63,096 nucleotides of DNA from a virus (taxonomy: Duplodnaviria > Caudoviricetes), in the IMG/VR virus record IMGVR_UViG_3300008267_000043, positions 1-63,096 of that record. One strand, written 5' to 3'. This document shows, piece after piece, positions 38,084 to 48,217 of the stretch; position 1 is the stretch's first letter, and each line of letters starts with the position of its first letter. The notes beneath the pieces were generated by a model. That model worked only from the letters and a program-made list of their open reading frames with translations, was not told where the DNA came from and made no database searches. A program made the translations under genes and the position numbers.

Positions 38084-38995
38084 TCAGGTCGAACCTGAAG
38101 AACCCCACATACCCAATGGGTCAGACCAGCCGAAGCTGTAACGCTCACGGGCCTTGTAACGGACGTTGCCAGTGTCGAAATCACCGTCCATTGAGTTCTG
38201 GAGAGGTGTACGAACGAAGTGCTTCAGACCGTTAGGCACGTCAGTGGTCAGGAACCATGCGCTGGTGTCTGTCAAGAAGTGGTTGACAGTGTAGCCTTCA
38301 GGGATTGCGCCCATCTGCTTGATCGCGTTGATGTCGTTGTCAGCAGTTGCCACACGCAGTTCGGTGTCCAACAGGCGCTTGGCCGTGAACATCAAAGCAG
38401 GAGGAACAATCAGCTTCTTGGGTTTTGCTGCGATCAACAAACCACGCTCATCAGTCCAAGCGGCGATTTGAATAACGGCGGCTTCCAAGGAAGTCTCGTT
38501 CAAATCAACTTGAGTACCGGGAGTGTTGCTGTTGACGCCACCAGAGATCAGGGGGTGGTTGGCGTTGAACAAAGACACGCCGTCGCCACCGGGGTAGCTG
38601 GAGCTGAAGCCATTGTTCAGGACGGCAGCAGCCTTGACCTGTTTGGTGTATGCCATAGCACGGGCCAAAGACTTGGTGTAACGGCCAGACAAGCTGTCGT
38701 ACAAGTTATCTTCAATCGCTTCTTCAGTGATTGAGAAACCCAAGGCGATGGTTTCGTGGGTGTAGCGGGTTGACCATGCTTCTTGTGCATTGTCATAAGC
38801 GATGGCGGAACCTTCGTTTTTGACAGGTGCGGCAGAGAAGCCGGACAGTTTGGTTTCTTCTTCAAACGAACGCTCAGAAGTCTCTGTTTCGTAGATTTCT
38901 TTGTGTTCTTCGCCGTAACGAGCGTACTCCATACCGAACAAAGCGTTCAGACCGGGGAGCAACTCTTTCAGCAGTTGTGCGCGTGAAATAGCCAT
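38084..38995 (-). CDS. Major capsid protein
   Basis: MAISRAQLLKELLPGLNALFG...YKARERYSFG; followed by a strong terminator. Confidence 0.85.
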   Translation of the reverse strand: MAISRAQLLKELLPGLNALFGMEYARYGEEHKEIYETETSERSFEEETKLSGFSAAPVKNEGSAIAYDNAQEAWSTRYTHETIALGFSITEEAIEDNLYDSLSGRYTKSLARAMAYTKQVKAAAVLNNGFSSSYPGGDGVSLFNANHPLISGGVNSNTPGTQVDLNETSLEAAVIQIAAWTDERGLLIAAKPKKLIVPPALMFTAKRLLDTELRVATADNDINAIKQMGAIPEGYTVNHFLTDTSAWFLTTDVPNGLKHFVRTPLQNSMDGDFDTGNVRYKARERYSFGWSDPLGMWGSSGST

Positions 38996-39010
38996 GATTT
39001 AGCTCCTTGA

Positions 39011-39667
39011 TTAAACGCCAGAAGCGATAGTGGTTGTGTGAATCTCAAAGTTCCAACGAACGATGATCTCGGGGAACACGATGTTGCCAGAACCGTTGAC
39101 ATAGGATGTCTCAGGCACAACGTCAACGACGTTCAAGGGCAGTGTTCCTGTGGTTGCAGATGATGCAACAGCTACGCGGCTATCGCCAGTAGTTGTCAAA
39201 CCAGAGTTCTGCACCAACGCTACGTTTGTACCAATGACGGTGTACTCAGTAGTGGAGGAAGGCAACAAACCAGAAGTGGTGTCGTTGGGGGTAGCGCCAG
39301 TGGCGATCACAGCTTTGAACAGGGTATCAGGGTCATTACACACGTAAGCGGTAATGTATGTACCTGTGGGGGCTGTGGTGTTTGCAGGGAAGTACTGAGC
39401 AAAAATGGTCTGGCCTTGCGCATTGACGTAAGAACAGCCCAAGAAAATACCCATAACTTGTGAGGTTGTCACAGTTGCGCGAGCGGTTGTAATGGCAGAT
39501 TTGATGATCGTGCCAGAGTTAACCATTTCAACGACATCACCATAAAAAATGCTGGTGTCGTATGCCGAAGCAATCCGGTACTGGCGAGTAGCGCCCGCGA
39601 AGGGTGTACCACCGTACAGATTGAGCGGCTTCAGCCCGTAGGGGGCGTTTACCGTTGGATAAGCCAT
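39011..39667 (-). CDS. Capsid cement/decoration protein
   Basis: APYGLKP...IFYGD.V pattern, upstream of the capsid gene. Confidence 0.55.
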   Translation of the reverse strand: MAYPTVNAPYGLKPLNLYGGTPFAGATRQYRIASAYDTSIFYGDVVEMVNSGTIIKSAITTARATVTTSQVMGIFLGCSYVNAQGQTIFAQYFPANTTAPTGTYITAYVCNDPDTLFKAVIATGATPNDTTSGLLPSSTTEYTVIGTNVALVQNSGLTTTGDSRVAVASSATTGTLPLNVVDVVPETSYVNGSGNIVFPEIIVRWNFEIHTTTIASGV

Positions 39668-39685
39668 TTGAAAGACTCCTAAATT

Positions 39686-40156
39686 TTAAGAACCAGAACC
39701 GAAAGTGACCTTGGATTTCTTCTCAGAGAAAAGAGGCATCCGGGGGTCATTTTCACGAAGGAAGTTATTGTCCACCGAGTCCATCTGGGCTTTATTTTGG
39801 TTTTCGTAATATTTCATACGTTGATCCAAAAACTCAGAAGGGATACGGCAAAGCAACAATCCACCCACTTCGATGTTGCCTTTAAAGCGACCCTCAGTGG
39901 TAGCGTGCATCATGAGTTCAGGATAGTCATCTGCTTTGCAGGGTTCATATCCTTCCCGCAACCGAGATGAAATGTTGCTGGGGTCAGAAGTTCCCAGTGT
40001 GCTCAAGCGCACCCAGCGATGTTTCCAACCGGGACGTTCGTCCGGTGAGGGCAACGCTTCTGGGGGACGCCACGATTCAGGACGTTGAAACGTCGCTTTA
40101 CGGGCTTCCAACTCGCGGCTGAGCCGATTTTGTGTTTGTGCTTCTGCCATTTTCAT
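39686..40156 (-). CDS. Head-module hypothetical protein
   Basis: HRWVR..REGYEP..VGGLLLCRIP. Confidence 0.6.
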   Translation of the reverse strand: MKMAEAQTQNRLSRELEARKATFQRPESWRPPEALPSPDERPGWKHRWVRLSTLGTSDPSNISSRLREGYEPCKADDYPELMMHATTEGRFKGNIEVGGLLLCRIPSEFLDQRMKYYENQNKAQMDSVDNNFLRENDPRMPLFSEKKSKVTFGSGS

Positions 40157-41145
40157 TCACCTCGATTAAGTAGTGCAACCTGTTTTGCGTATTGTTCTGG
40201 AGTAATCCCAAGCTTGCGGGCAAGCAAAACTTGTGACTGCTTCAACTTCACGCGGTTAGGCGGGGTGCTTCGGGTGGCGGGGGCCACTGGCGAAGCTGAT
40301 CTTGTTGCACGGCGCTGGGGTTCTTCCTCTGCTGCCGGTTCTGACGAATTTTGTGGATCGTCATCATCCTCATTGCTCCTGAAATGCTCAGGGAATCTTT
40401 TCCGCATGGTACGGTCAACTGTGCGGAAATAATCTTCCGTACCAATAAATTCCGCACCATACTCGCGTTGTAACCGTTTGTCAAGGCCCATAGCTGCCAT
40501 TGTCATTTCATCATCAACTCCAAACCAATCACTATTAGTTTGCAGCCATTTCTGGGTGCGGGGGCTGACTTTGGATTGCGCAGGTGCAGGAGCCTGAAAC
40601 TGGCGATCCTCAACCTCAATGGGCTTCATGCCTTCGGCTCTGTCAAGTTTCAAGGTTGCCTTGGCGATGGCGGTCTGAGCTGCTACCAGCTCGTCTGAAT
40701 TGCCTGCGTCGTAAGCATCTTTGTACTTCTTCTGAGCCGACTCCAACTCCACCTCAGCGGCGGACTTGGATGTTTCAATGAACGCTTTACTACCATTTGA
40801 GAGCTGTTGTTGGAGTCTTTTGTTCTCCTCAAACACCTGACGGGCAAACTCTTCAGCAGCTTCACGCTCCCGCTGGGCTTGCTCTTTGGCGCGACGCTCA
40901 TCATGGTAGCCACGTGTAAATTTCTTGATCCGTGATTGAACCTTCTCATCGTAGCTGGCCAACTCATCCTCAGTAGGGTCTTCTGGTGGGGGCGCAGGTT
41001 TGCGGCCACGATCCTCTGGTGGAGTGTCATCTTCGATTTCAAGTTCAAACTTGTCCTCTTCCTTCTTCGCGGCTTTCGCCTTGGCTTTTTCTTCCTTCTC
41101 GTCGGGGAACTCGTAGCCGTCGTCTTCAAATTTTGGCAATGGCAT
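40153..41145 (-). CDS. Putative scaffolding protein
   Basis: Acidic N-terminus, long coiled coil, C-terminal ARKLGITPEQYAKQ. Confidence 0.6.
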   Translation of the reverse strand: MPLPKFEDDGYEFPDEKEEKAKAKAAKKEEDKFELEIEDDTPPEDRGRKPAPPPEDPTEDELASYDEKVQSRIKKFTRGYHDERRAKEQAQREREAAEEFARQVFEENKRLQQQLSNGSKAFIETSKSAAEVELESAQKKYKDAYDAGNSDELVAAQTAIAKATLKLDRAEGMKPIEVEDRQFQAPAPAQSKVSPRTQKWLQTNSDWFGVDDEMTMAAMGLDKRLQREYGAEFIGTEDYFRTVDRTMRKRFPEHFRSNEDDDDPQNSSEPAAEEEPQRRATRSASPVAPATRSTPPNRVKLKQSQVLLARKLGITPEQYAKQVALLNRGE

Positions 41146-41155
41146 GATTTACTCC

Positions 41156-41566
41156 TTATGCTGCACGGGTGATGCCACGGGGGTCTTCCACAACCGCTTC
41201 CACGCTGTCATCGTTGATGATGCGGAACTCACGGCCATGAATCTTCAGGCGGGTGCCTGAATTGGGGCGGACGATGACGAAGTCACCTTCCTTGCAACTC
41301 GGCCCGTGGGGGAACCGAGTGGCGTCCTTGTATGCGTCGGGGCCAAGTTTGACCACAAACAATACAGGGGTCAGCACTTCTTCATAGTGCATGGACTGAC
41401 TGGATTTCACAATCCCAATGTCGCTGTCCGCATATTCTTCCATTGCTTCTGGAACAACAGTCAAGACGTGAAAGGTTTTGGGGTCAGGCAACTGCTTGGC
41501 TTTTTGCTCCGCAGTTGTGTTCAAGATACCCGACAGGTCAACTGCCGCAACGTCAAATTCAGTCAT
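41156..41566 (-). CDS. groES: Co-chaperonin GroES (Cpn10)-like protein
   Basis: VVKLGPD...KEGDFV...FRIINDDSVEAVV. Confidence 0.75.
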   Translation of the reverse strand: MTEFDVAAVDLSGILNTTAEQKAKQLPDPKTFHVLTVVPEAMEEYADSDIGIVKSSQSMHYEEVLTPVLFVVKLGPDAYKDATRFPHGPSCKEGDFVIVRPNSGTRLKIHGREFRIINDDSVEAVVEDPRGITRAA

Positions 41567-41756
41567 CAGATTTCTCCATTTTTTGCACAAGGTCTTCAAT
41601 GATGTTTTCTGCGTAGTTCAAACCTTGGATAACTCCGCAGATTCTTCGGTACTCTTCAATGTGGTCAACTCGTCCAGCAGCCACGTAAGCTTCACGCTCT
41701 TGTTTCAGCTTCTGGATTTCCTTGACCGTCAGGGACAACAGTTTGTAGTCGTTCAA
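41559..41756 (-). CDS. Small head-module protein
   Basis: EYRRICGVIQGL; lies between portal and groES. Confidence 0.65.
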   Translation of the reverse strand: MNDYKLLSLTVKEIQKLKQEREAYVAAGRVDHIEEYRRICGVIQGLNYAENIIEDLVQKMEKSDD

Positions 41757-44263
41757 TCATTTTCCTTTTTGGGTTTGTTGCTAGGCTGATTTCGTTGCGC
41801 CGCCCGTTGCGCGTTTTGCACGGCCATCTGTGCCCGGTGTTTCGCAATGTCCACGCCCAGACGGGCACCTTCGGACTCTTGCGCTTGTTTCAGTTTGTCT
41901 TTCGCAGCGGCTGCGTTTGCCGCGACCTGCATTGCAGCGATCTCTTTTTGAGCCGCGATACGGGACTCTTCAATACGGATTTGATCCGCCTTGGCAGCGG
42001 CGTCCATCGCCTGCTTCTGCTGCTTGAGCTGCAACTCTTGGCCTTTCAACTGCAACTCTTGCATCTGCATCTGGACAACAGGGTCTTGCATCTGCTGTTG
42101 AGCTTGCTGCTGCTTGGCCTCCTGCTGGTTCTGCTGGAGCAACATCTGTGAGGCTTGCGCGGCCATGATCGCAATCTGATCTGCAATCGCTGGGTCAACA
42201 CGCTCTGGGTCTTCTCCGTGTTCTGCCATCGGTGGCAACGATATACCCATCGCTCTTTCAACCTGCAACCGATACTCAAACGCCATGTGCTCATTGATAT
42301 GAGACATCGCGGCAGACATGATCGCTTGGGCTTGCGGGTTCATCTGCATCAACTGCTGAATCTTCGGGTCTTGGATTGCGGACATGTGCACAGCGATGTG
42401 CGCTTTGTGGTTCTGCTCAATGAACGCCTTGACCGGCTTCATGGTCATGAGACTCTGGTTCTCTTGCACGGGGTCAACCGGAACCATGTCTTCTTCCATC
42501 GGCACAAGTTTGTTGGCGTTCTTCACACCCAACACCTCAATCATTTGACGGTGCAGCATGGGCATGTCGTAGTACTGAGGGGCAGACTGCGCCAACTGGA
42601 ACACAGCTTGGTACTGAACAATCTTCTGCGCCATCGTTGACGCATTGGGATCGCTCACAGGAATCACATCCACCAAGTCATAGTCCGTTTTCTTCGCCTT
42701 ACGGCTGCCGTCAACCGGCTCATAGTCGTACTCATCTGGTGTGTAGTCAGCAATGATGACCTTGAGCAGCTTGAACTCCTGCTTCATGGTGAAGTGCATC
42801 CGGGCCTGAACAGCGCCCATCACTTTCAGGGTGCGCTCCAGAATCGCCAGTGTTGTGCCCACGGGTGCGTTCGCACTCATGTCACTCACCTTCATGTCAC
42901 CACTTGAGGCGAACTGACGACCTTCTTGCACGATGCGGTCAAACAGTGTGTACAGAGTTTGGCTTGGTTCTTTGTACGGCAGGGGCAGAATGTTGTCGCG
43001 GATCGAGCCACTTGGCACGTCCACGTCCCGCCACTCACCGGGTGCTATCGGTGTGTCATCACCCTTAATGCGAAGACCTCTAGCTTTGAGGCCCCCGGGT
43101 AGGTTTGAGAGTGTTCCCGCATCCACGAGTTGACGGATGAGCATCGTTGCCGATTTCGCATATCCACCGATAAGGTGGATAAGACCGTAACCATAGAAGC
43201 CAAAACCGGGGATGTACTGGTAGTGGACGAAGTGTTGTCGCTTGAGGTGGAGTTGATCTCCTTCATACCAATTTCTCCTGATGGCCAAAACTTTGCGTGT
43301 GCCCTTCTCGATTGTCACCACGTACGGCAGTGCAATCCCAGTCTCTTCACCCTTCTTGTCCTTGTCCTCATAGCCTTTCAAGTCCAAGTCAACGTGCATC
43401 TCAAGAATACGGAACCGGTCATCTTCAATGGCAGACATGCCCATTTCTTCGGCTTTCTGCTTCTCAATGTCGTCCAGCTCATATGTGGGGTCACCCAACT
43501 CAATGTCACGGTAGAACCCAGCCGCTTGCAACTTCAACACGTCGTTCTCGGTCTTGCGCATCACGTGGGTCACACGCTCGGCAGTCTCCAAGTTACTGGC
43601 CCCATACGGCACAACGATGTCTTCCGCAGGAATAAACACCGCCATCTGACGGCCTTTGCTCGGGTCATAGTACACCTTCTTAAAGGCTGAGCCCGCGATG
43701 GGCAAGTTCCACAGCATCTTTTCATGCTCTGGGCGGTACTCATACATCACTTCCGTCAACTGGTAGTTCATGTCGTCACGCACACGCACCGACGCTTCTT
43801 CCACTTCAGGGGTGTCTTTGCCAATGATGACAGTCTTCACCGGCCCTGCTGCTGGGAACGTTTCAGTGATACCTTCACTCTGGAACCTGACAACCGATTC
43901 AGTCAGCATCGGGTGGAACACACCACACGCACCCTGCCAAGGTTCTGTGCGGTCTTCATATTTGAGACCCAGCAACTTCAGACCCTCAACGTAAGTCTGC
44001 ATCCAGTCTTTGCGGTCATTGATGTCTTTGCCAAAGTCCTCAACCAAGTCTTCACCAAGTGACTGCAAGTCGCTGTCATCCATGAACTCAGCCAAGTTGG
44101 CATCAAAGTCTTCACCAGTTTCAGCGTCAGGACGAAGAACAATCTCCATGCCATCAGCGCCAATCCTCACCTCATCAGGGTTCTCAATCTCAATTTCCAA
44201 GTCGGGTTCTGACAACGCAGAGAGTCCTTGCGGTGCTTGGTAGAGTGCTTTGTCCATTGCCAT
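41753..44263 (-). CDS. Portal protein (P22-like, long C-terminal barrel)
   Basis: 836 aa after terL; GSAFKKVYYD and GFYGYG motifs; Q-rich coiled-coil tail. Confidence 0.85.
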   Translation of the reverse strand: MAMDKALYQAPQGLSALSEPDLEIEIENPDEVRIGADGMEIVLRPDAETGEDFDANLAEFMDDSDLQSLGEDLVEDFGKDINDRKDWMQTYVEGLKLLGLKYEDRTEPWQGACGVFHPMLTESVVRFQSEGITETFPAAGPVKTVIIGKDTPEVEEASVRVRDDMNYQLTEVMYEYRPEHEKMLWNLPIAGSAFKKVYYDPSKGRQMAVFIPAEDIVVPYGASNLETAERVTHVMRKTENDVLKLQAAGFYRDIELGDPTYELDDIEKQKAEEMGMSAIEDDRFRILEMHVDLDLKGYEDKDKKGEETGIALPYVVTIEKGTRKVLAIRRNWYEGDQLHLKRQHFVHYQYIPGFGFYGYGLIHLIGGYAKSATMLIRQLVDAGTLSNLPGGLKARGLRIKGDDTPIAPGEWRDVDVPSGSIRDNILPLPYKEPSQTLYTLFDRIVQEGRQFASSGDMKVSDMSANAPVGTTLAILERTLKVMGAVQARMHFTMKQEFKLLKVIIADYTPDEYDYEPVDGSRKAKKTDYDLVDVIPVSDPNASTMAQKIVQYQAVFQLAQSAPQYYDMPMLHRQMIEVLGVKNANKLVPMEEDMVPVDPVQENQSLMTMKPVKAFIEQNHKAHIAVHMSAIQDPKIQQLMQMNPQAQAIMSAAMSHINEHMAFEYRLQVERAMGISLPPMAEHGEDPERVDPAIADQIAIMAAQASQMLLQQNQQEAKQQQAQQQMQDPVVQMQMQELQLKGQELQLKQQKQAMDAAAKADQIRIEESRIAAQKEIAAMQVAANAAAAKDKLKQAQESEGARLGVDIAKHRAQMAVQNAQRAAQRNQPSNKPKKEND

Positions 44264-44272
44264 GTTCGTTCC

Positions 44273-45838
44273 TTAAACTGTGTAATACCGTTCGCGCCGG
44301 TAACCTTTGAACCATTGTGGATCGTCTTGCTCATCTGATGGCAAGCGTAAATAACCGCCTTGGCGAAAGCGCATCAATGCCAGTGTCATTGAGTCCACCA
44401 AGTCATCATGTTCTCCTGATGGGAACGAGGCAACCTCATCCACCAGCTCCTCAGCCCACCGGGTCTGTGGTGCCCACACTTTACCTGATGCAAACAAATC
44501 TGCAACCGAATTCAACCGGCTGATCTTGTCCTGCCCCTTGCCGGGACTGAACTCTTGGACTGGGATGCCCATGTGCCGGAACTCTTGGATGAGCGGCGCA
44601 CCTGCCGCCTTCTTCTCCACAAGGAACGAGTCAGGATCCCATTCTTCCCATTCTTCAAACGCCCGCTTCTTCAAATCTGGGAACTCCAGCCGCACCCTGA
44701 ATGAGTTGAGCAGGATGATGTTGGGCAGGCTTCTGTCTTCGTCGTTGTAAAAGACACCCCATGTCGTGCACGCACTGTAGTCGTTCACTTTCTTCAGTTC
44801 ATGCGCCGTATCCCATGCTTGTATCGTGAACTCACACTGGGGCGGATGGTCGTGCTCCCACCATTTCCACCACTCCCGCTTGATGATTGCGCTTGTATCT
44901 GAGGTCGGCTGCTGCTGGTACTGAGCCATCCACTTGCCTGTGGGCAGTTCTTCCCGCAGTGCTTTCAGTTCTTTTTCTGACCAGAATTCTGGCCAAAGTG
45001 GCCTGTCGTTGGGCAAAATCGCAGGAAATTCAATGACTTTCCACTCTTCTCCACCCCGTTGGGCAGCACTTTTCAGCACCTGAGCGGTCAAATCCCGCAG
45101 TGACCAGCGTGTCATCACGATCACAATCGCCCCGCCCGGCTGCAACCGTTGCCGTGGGCCTGACGTGTACCACTCATACACCTTGTCATACACATCTGGG
45201 TTGTATGCACCGATGGCCGCTTCCTGTTCTGAGTGCGGATCATCAATAATCAGCACATCCGCGCCCTTACCCGTCACCGCACCGCCCACACCGATAGCGA
45301 AATAGTCGCCACCGAAGTTTGTGTTCCACCGGCCAGCCGCTTTTGAGTCAGTTTGCAGCTCAATCTGGGGAAAAATCCGCTTGTACGCCTCAGAATCCAC
45401 CAAATTTCGTACTTTTCTACCAAATCCTGTGGCCAATTCAGCCGTGTGGCTGGTCTGAATCACCTTTTTCTGTGGAAATTTCCCCAAAAACCAAGCTGGG
45501 AGCAGGTACGAGGCAAATTCTGACTTCGTATGGCGGGGCGGCATATTAATAATGAGCCGTTTGCACGTCCCATTGGCCACTTCCTCAAACGCCTGTGCCA
45601 TCCTTGAGTGGTGCCGACCCCCAATGAAGTGAGGCCACACTTCATGCACGAACTCCATGAAGTCCTCAGACGCTTTGGCCCTGACCTTGCGGGTGCGCAG
45701 CTCCTCAAGAATCTCAGTGATCGCCCCTTGCTCGTCTTTTGGGAACCTATGTATCAGCGCAGACAACTGCGCCTGCGTCATTGCTTGAATCTTCTCAATG
45801 ACTTGGGGGTTCTTGAACGCATCGCGGGGGTTACTCAT
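44273..45838 (-). CDS. terL: Terminase large subunit
   Basis: MPPRHTKS, IIDDP, MTRW, YQQQP, WDTA and HDDLVD. Confidence 0.95.
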   Translation of the reverse strand: MSNPRDAFKNPQVIEKIQAMTQAQLSALIHRFPKDEQGAITEILEELRTRKVRAKASEDFMEFVHEVWPHFIGGRHHSRMAQAFEEVANGTCKRLIINMPPRHTKSEFASYLLPAWFLGKFPQKKVIQTSHTAELATGFGRKVRNLVDSEAYKRIFPQIELQTDSKAAGRWNTNFGGDYFAIGVGGAVTGKGADVLIIDDPHSEQEAAIGAYNPDVYDKVYEWYTSGPRQRLQPGGAIVIVMTRWSLRDLTAQVLKSAAQRGGEEWKVIEFPAILPNDRPLWPEFWSEKELKALREELPTGKWMAQYQQQPTSDTSAIIKREWWKWWEHDHPPQCEFTIQAWDTAHELKKVNDYSACTTWGVFYNDEDRSLPNIILLNSFRVRLEFPDLKKRAFEEWEEWDPDSFLVEKKAAGAPLIQEFRHMGIPVQEFSPGKGQDKISRLNSVADLFASGKVWAPQTRWAEELVDEVASFPSGEHDDLVDSMTLALMRFRQGGYLRLPSDEQDDPQWFKGYRRERYYTV

Positions 45839-46460
45839 CCGCCTCTTCCACCTCAGCAGGACTCAAGCCCAGTTCGGCATCCAAGTCGATCACCTCAAGC
45901 GCGGGAGCTTCTGGCAACGGGTCATACTCTCTTGGCATGTCACGGGACTCCACATCAATGATGTCACCCATGTACTGAGCAAGTTTTGTAGCAAGCTCAT
46001 TTTCAAGTTCTTCTGTGGTGCGGTGTGTCACGTTCACCTCAACACGTTCTACAAAGGCACCCACATCAGACAACTTGCCCAGCATGTCCAGCGCCTTGAG
46101 TTCGATCTTGTCATCCCCGCACGCCGACTTCTCCAACAGTTTCAGCTTGATATATCCGCGCAGTTGCTGCGCATTACGGATGATGTCGAAATCATACTCA
46201 TTCAGCAGGGCTTTCAACATCAGCGCTTTCGCTGGGGTGTCAATCGCTTTGTGTGTATGGACAGGGCTGTCCATAAAAACCGCTCTCGCATCTTTACGGT
46301 CAGTCTCGGTGACTGCCGTTTGTGCATCGTCAAGTCCATTGGCTTGCAAGAACTCAACTGTATTGAACGCTCGCTGCGCCTTTTCATGAAGTGACAACAT
46401 CTCCTCATCCGTCATGCGGAAAGGCAGGGGCACATCTAGTTCAGGCGTGACAAGGATCAT
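45831..46460 (-). CDS. Putative terminase small subunit
   Basis: Directly upstream of terL; LKALDMLGK helix; acidic tail. Confidence 0.55.
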   Translation of the reverse strand: MILVTPELDVPLPFRMTDEEMLSLHEKAQRAFNTVEFLQANGLDDAQTAVTETDRKDARAVFMDSPVHTHKAIDTPAKALMLKALLNEYDFDIIRNAQQLRGYIKLKLLEKSACGDDKIELKALDMLGKLSDVGAFVERVEVNVTHRTTEELENELATKLAQYMGDIIDVESRDMPREYDPLPEAPALEVIDLDAELGLSPAEVEEADE

Positions 46461-46864
46461 AAGCACCGAGGAAACGGGAATGGGTCGAAATGTACACGAA
46501 AAATATATACCGTGCAACAAAGGAGGTAGGGACTCCTAGCCGGGGGGTGTTCTGGGATTGAATACTTAAAGCGCCCGGCTGTAAACTTAAAAGGGGGGAG
46601 GGGGGCTACAACATCTTGTGGTGTGTTGAAACTACATTCGTTAGCGCCTAACTGTGTGGCGTTAAGGTGGCTCAACCTGACCCTACCTGAAATAAGCTGA
46701 CACGAAACTTACTGAGATTCCAAAACTTGGTGGCGTAATGAGCATTTTCGAGTAGTAGTACCTGCCGATGGTACCTAATCCTATATCTGGGGGGTGGGGG
46801 TCGCTGGGGCCGCTCTCTGTGGAAACTTTCGTACGGTACGAAAATGTAACGTCTTAGCTATCCC

Positions 46865-46893
46865 GTGCAAAGCCCTGTAATTTGTGATACAGT
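46865..46893 (+). promoter_or_regulatory. Possible promoter of the first early gene
   Basis: GTGCAA-17 nt-TACAGT with an extended TG. Confidence 0.4.
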
Positions 46894-46951
46894 ATAGGCA
46901 TTGGCTCAGGGATTGGCTCTGAGGCAATAAGCCAAACGAAAGGAATTCATC

Positions 46952-47500
46952 ATGGCTAAAGCAAAACTCTCTATCGTTGCAACCACTGAAACAACTACTT
47001 TGGACAATGCCTCTTTGGCACGTTCAATAGGTGCATCCATCGGCGAAATGAATGCCTTGGAAAACAAGGCGGCACAAATCAAAGCCGAGGCGAATAAGTC
47101 AATTCAGGCTTTGCATAAAAACAAAGTAGTAATTGGCACGTACCGGAAAGACGGCACGGGTTGTTTGGTTGCCACGGCATTTGTTGACGGGTGCACGTCA
47201 AAAGGTATTTCACCAAGCACGGCACAAAAGACTTATTTGCCCACGTTCAAAGCCCACGTTGCATCGGGCAAGGAAGTGATTGATTGGAATAGTCAACGGG
47301 CAAAGAACAAGGGCACCGGCGGCAAAGCCAAAGCCAAAAAAGAATTGGCCGATAAATTGGCCACGTGCTATCGGGATGCTGAATTCGCTGAATTCATCGC
47401 TGATTTGCAAGCATCTTATGACAATGACGAAGGCGATTTGATAACGTGCATCGAATCCTACTTGGAAATGAACGGCATCAAAACCAAAACCGCTGAGTAA
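46952..47500 (+). CDS. Hypothetical protein, first early gene (monocistronic)
   Basis: 182 aa; AAGGA RBS; has its own terminator. Confidence 0.75.
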   Translation: MAKAKLSIVATTETTTLDNASLARSIGASIGEMNALENKAAQIKAEANKSIQALHKNKVVIGTYRKDGTGCLVATAFVDGCTSKGISPSTAQKTYLPTFKAHVASGKEVIDWNSQRAKNKGTGGKAKAKKELADKLATCYRDAEFAEFIADLQASYDNDEGDLITCIESYLEMNGIKTKTAE

Positions 47501-47511
47501 GTAAAAACCCT

Positions 47512-47539
47512 AAGCCCTGCGAAAGCAGGGCTTTTTTTT
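47512..47539 (+). terminator. Rho-independent terminator
   Basis: AGCCCTGC-GAAA-GCAGGGCT followed by a T-tract. Confidence 0.9.
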
Positions 47540-47624
47540 CGCCCAAAATTTCCCGCATCAACTACATGCCACGGAATGAGCTTGTGCCTAATCTAATCAC
47601 ACCACAACAAGTTATTTCTAAGAT

Positions 47625-47769
47625 ACCTGTTCCCTCTACGTTGGCCGCACTGCCCTGCACGCCGTTACACCACGTTGCGTTACAGATGCTATACGTTATT
47701 ACGTCCTGCACTTTCGTACTGTACGAAAGTCAAACCCCCGAAACCTGTTCCCTCTACGTTGGCCGCACT
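47625..47769. repeat. 27-bp perfect direct repeat, two copies
   Basis: ACCTGTTCCCTCTACGTTGGCCGCACT at 47625 and 47743. Confidence 0.9.
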
Positions 47770-47824
47770 ATGCGTGGGAAGTAGCACTTTCGTACCGTAC
47801 GAAAGCCTTTTTGATTGTCAACCT

Positions 47825-48169
47825 GTTATATTGTCTATTTTGTCCAGCAATATTCTTGCCACAAGAATAAAACAAACCCCAATAGGCATGGGACTTTCCA
47901 AGGGAAAAGGTATGTATTATTCTATTATTCTATAAAATATATATATACACCCCCATTTTATTTTTTCTTTTTGTACTTATCCACAGGGCGCATGTTCTTT
48001 TTTATTTTTTCTTGGTCTCGTTCTCGCTCGTCCGTTTTTCTCTCTCACATCCCCATTTTTCGAGAATAAAGGAATATTACAAGAAAAATCACCTCGCAAC
48101 CCGCACCAATCCTCATCTTTCTATTATACTTATGGCAGGAATATTGCTGAACAAAATAGACAATATAAC
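47825..48169. repeat. 41-bp inverted repeat around an AT-rich core (origin-like)
   Basis: Arms 47825-47865 and 48129-48169 match at 38/41; TTATCCACA at 47977-47985. Confidence 0.8.
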
Positions 48170-48217
48170 TTCCTAAACTCTCAACACACCCAACCAACCA
48201 AAAGGAGAAACCCAACC

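Noticed and set aside
9413-46394. Numerous + strand ORFs of 60-265 aa within the late arm, and - strand ORFs within the early arm
   Set aside because: They are antisense shadows of well-supported genes, with no convincing RBS or motifs.
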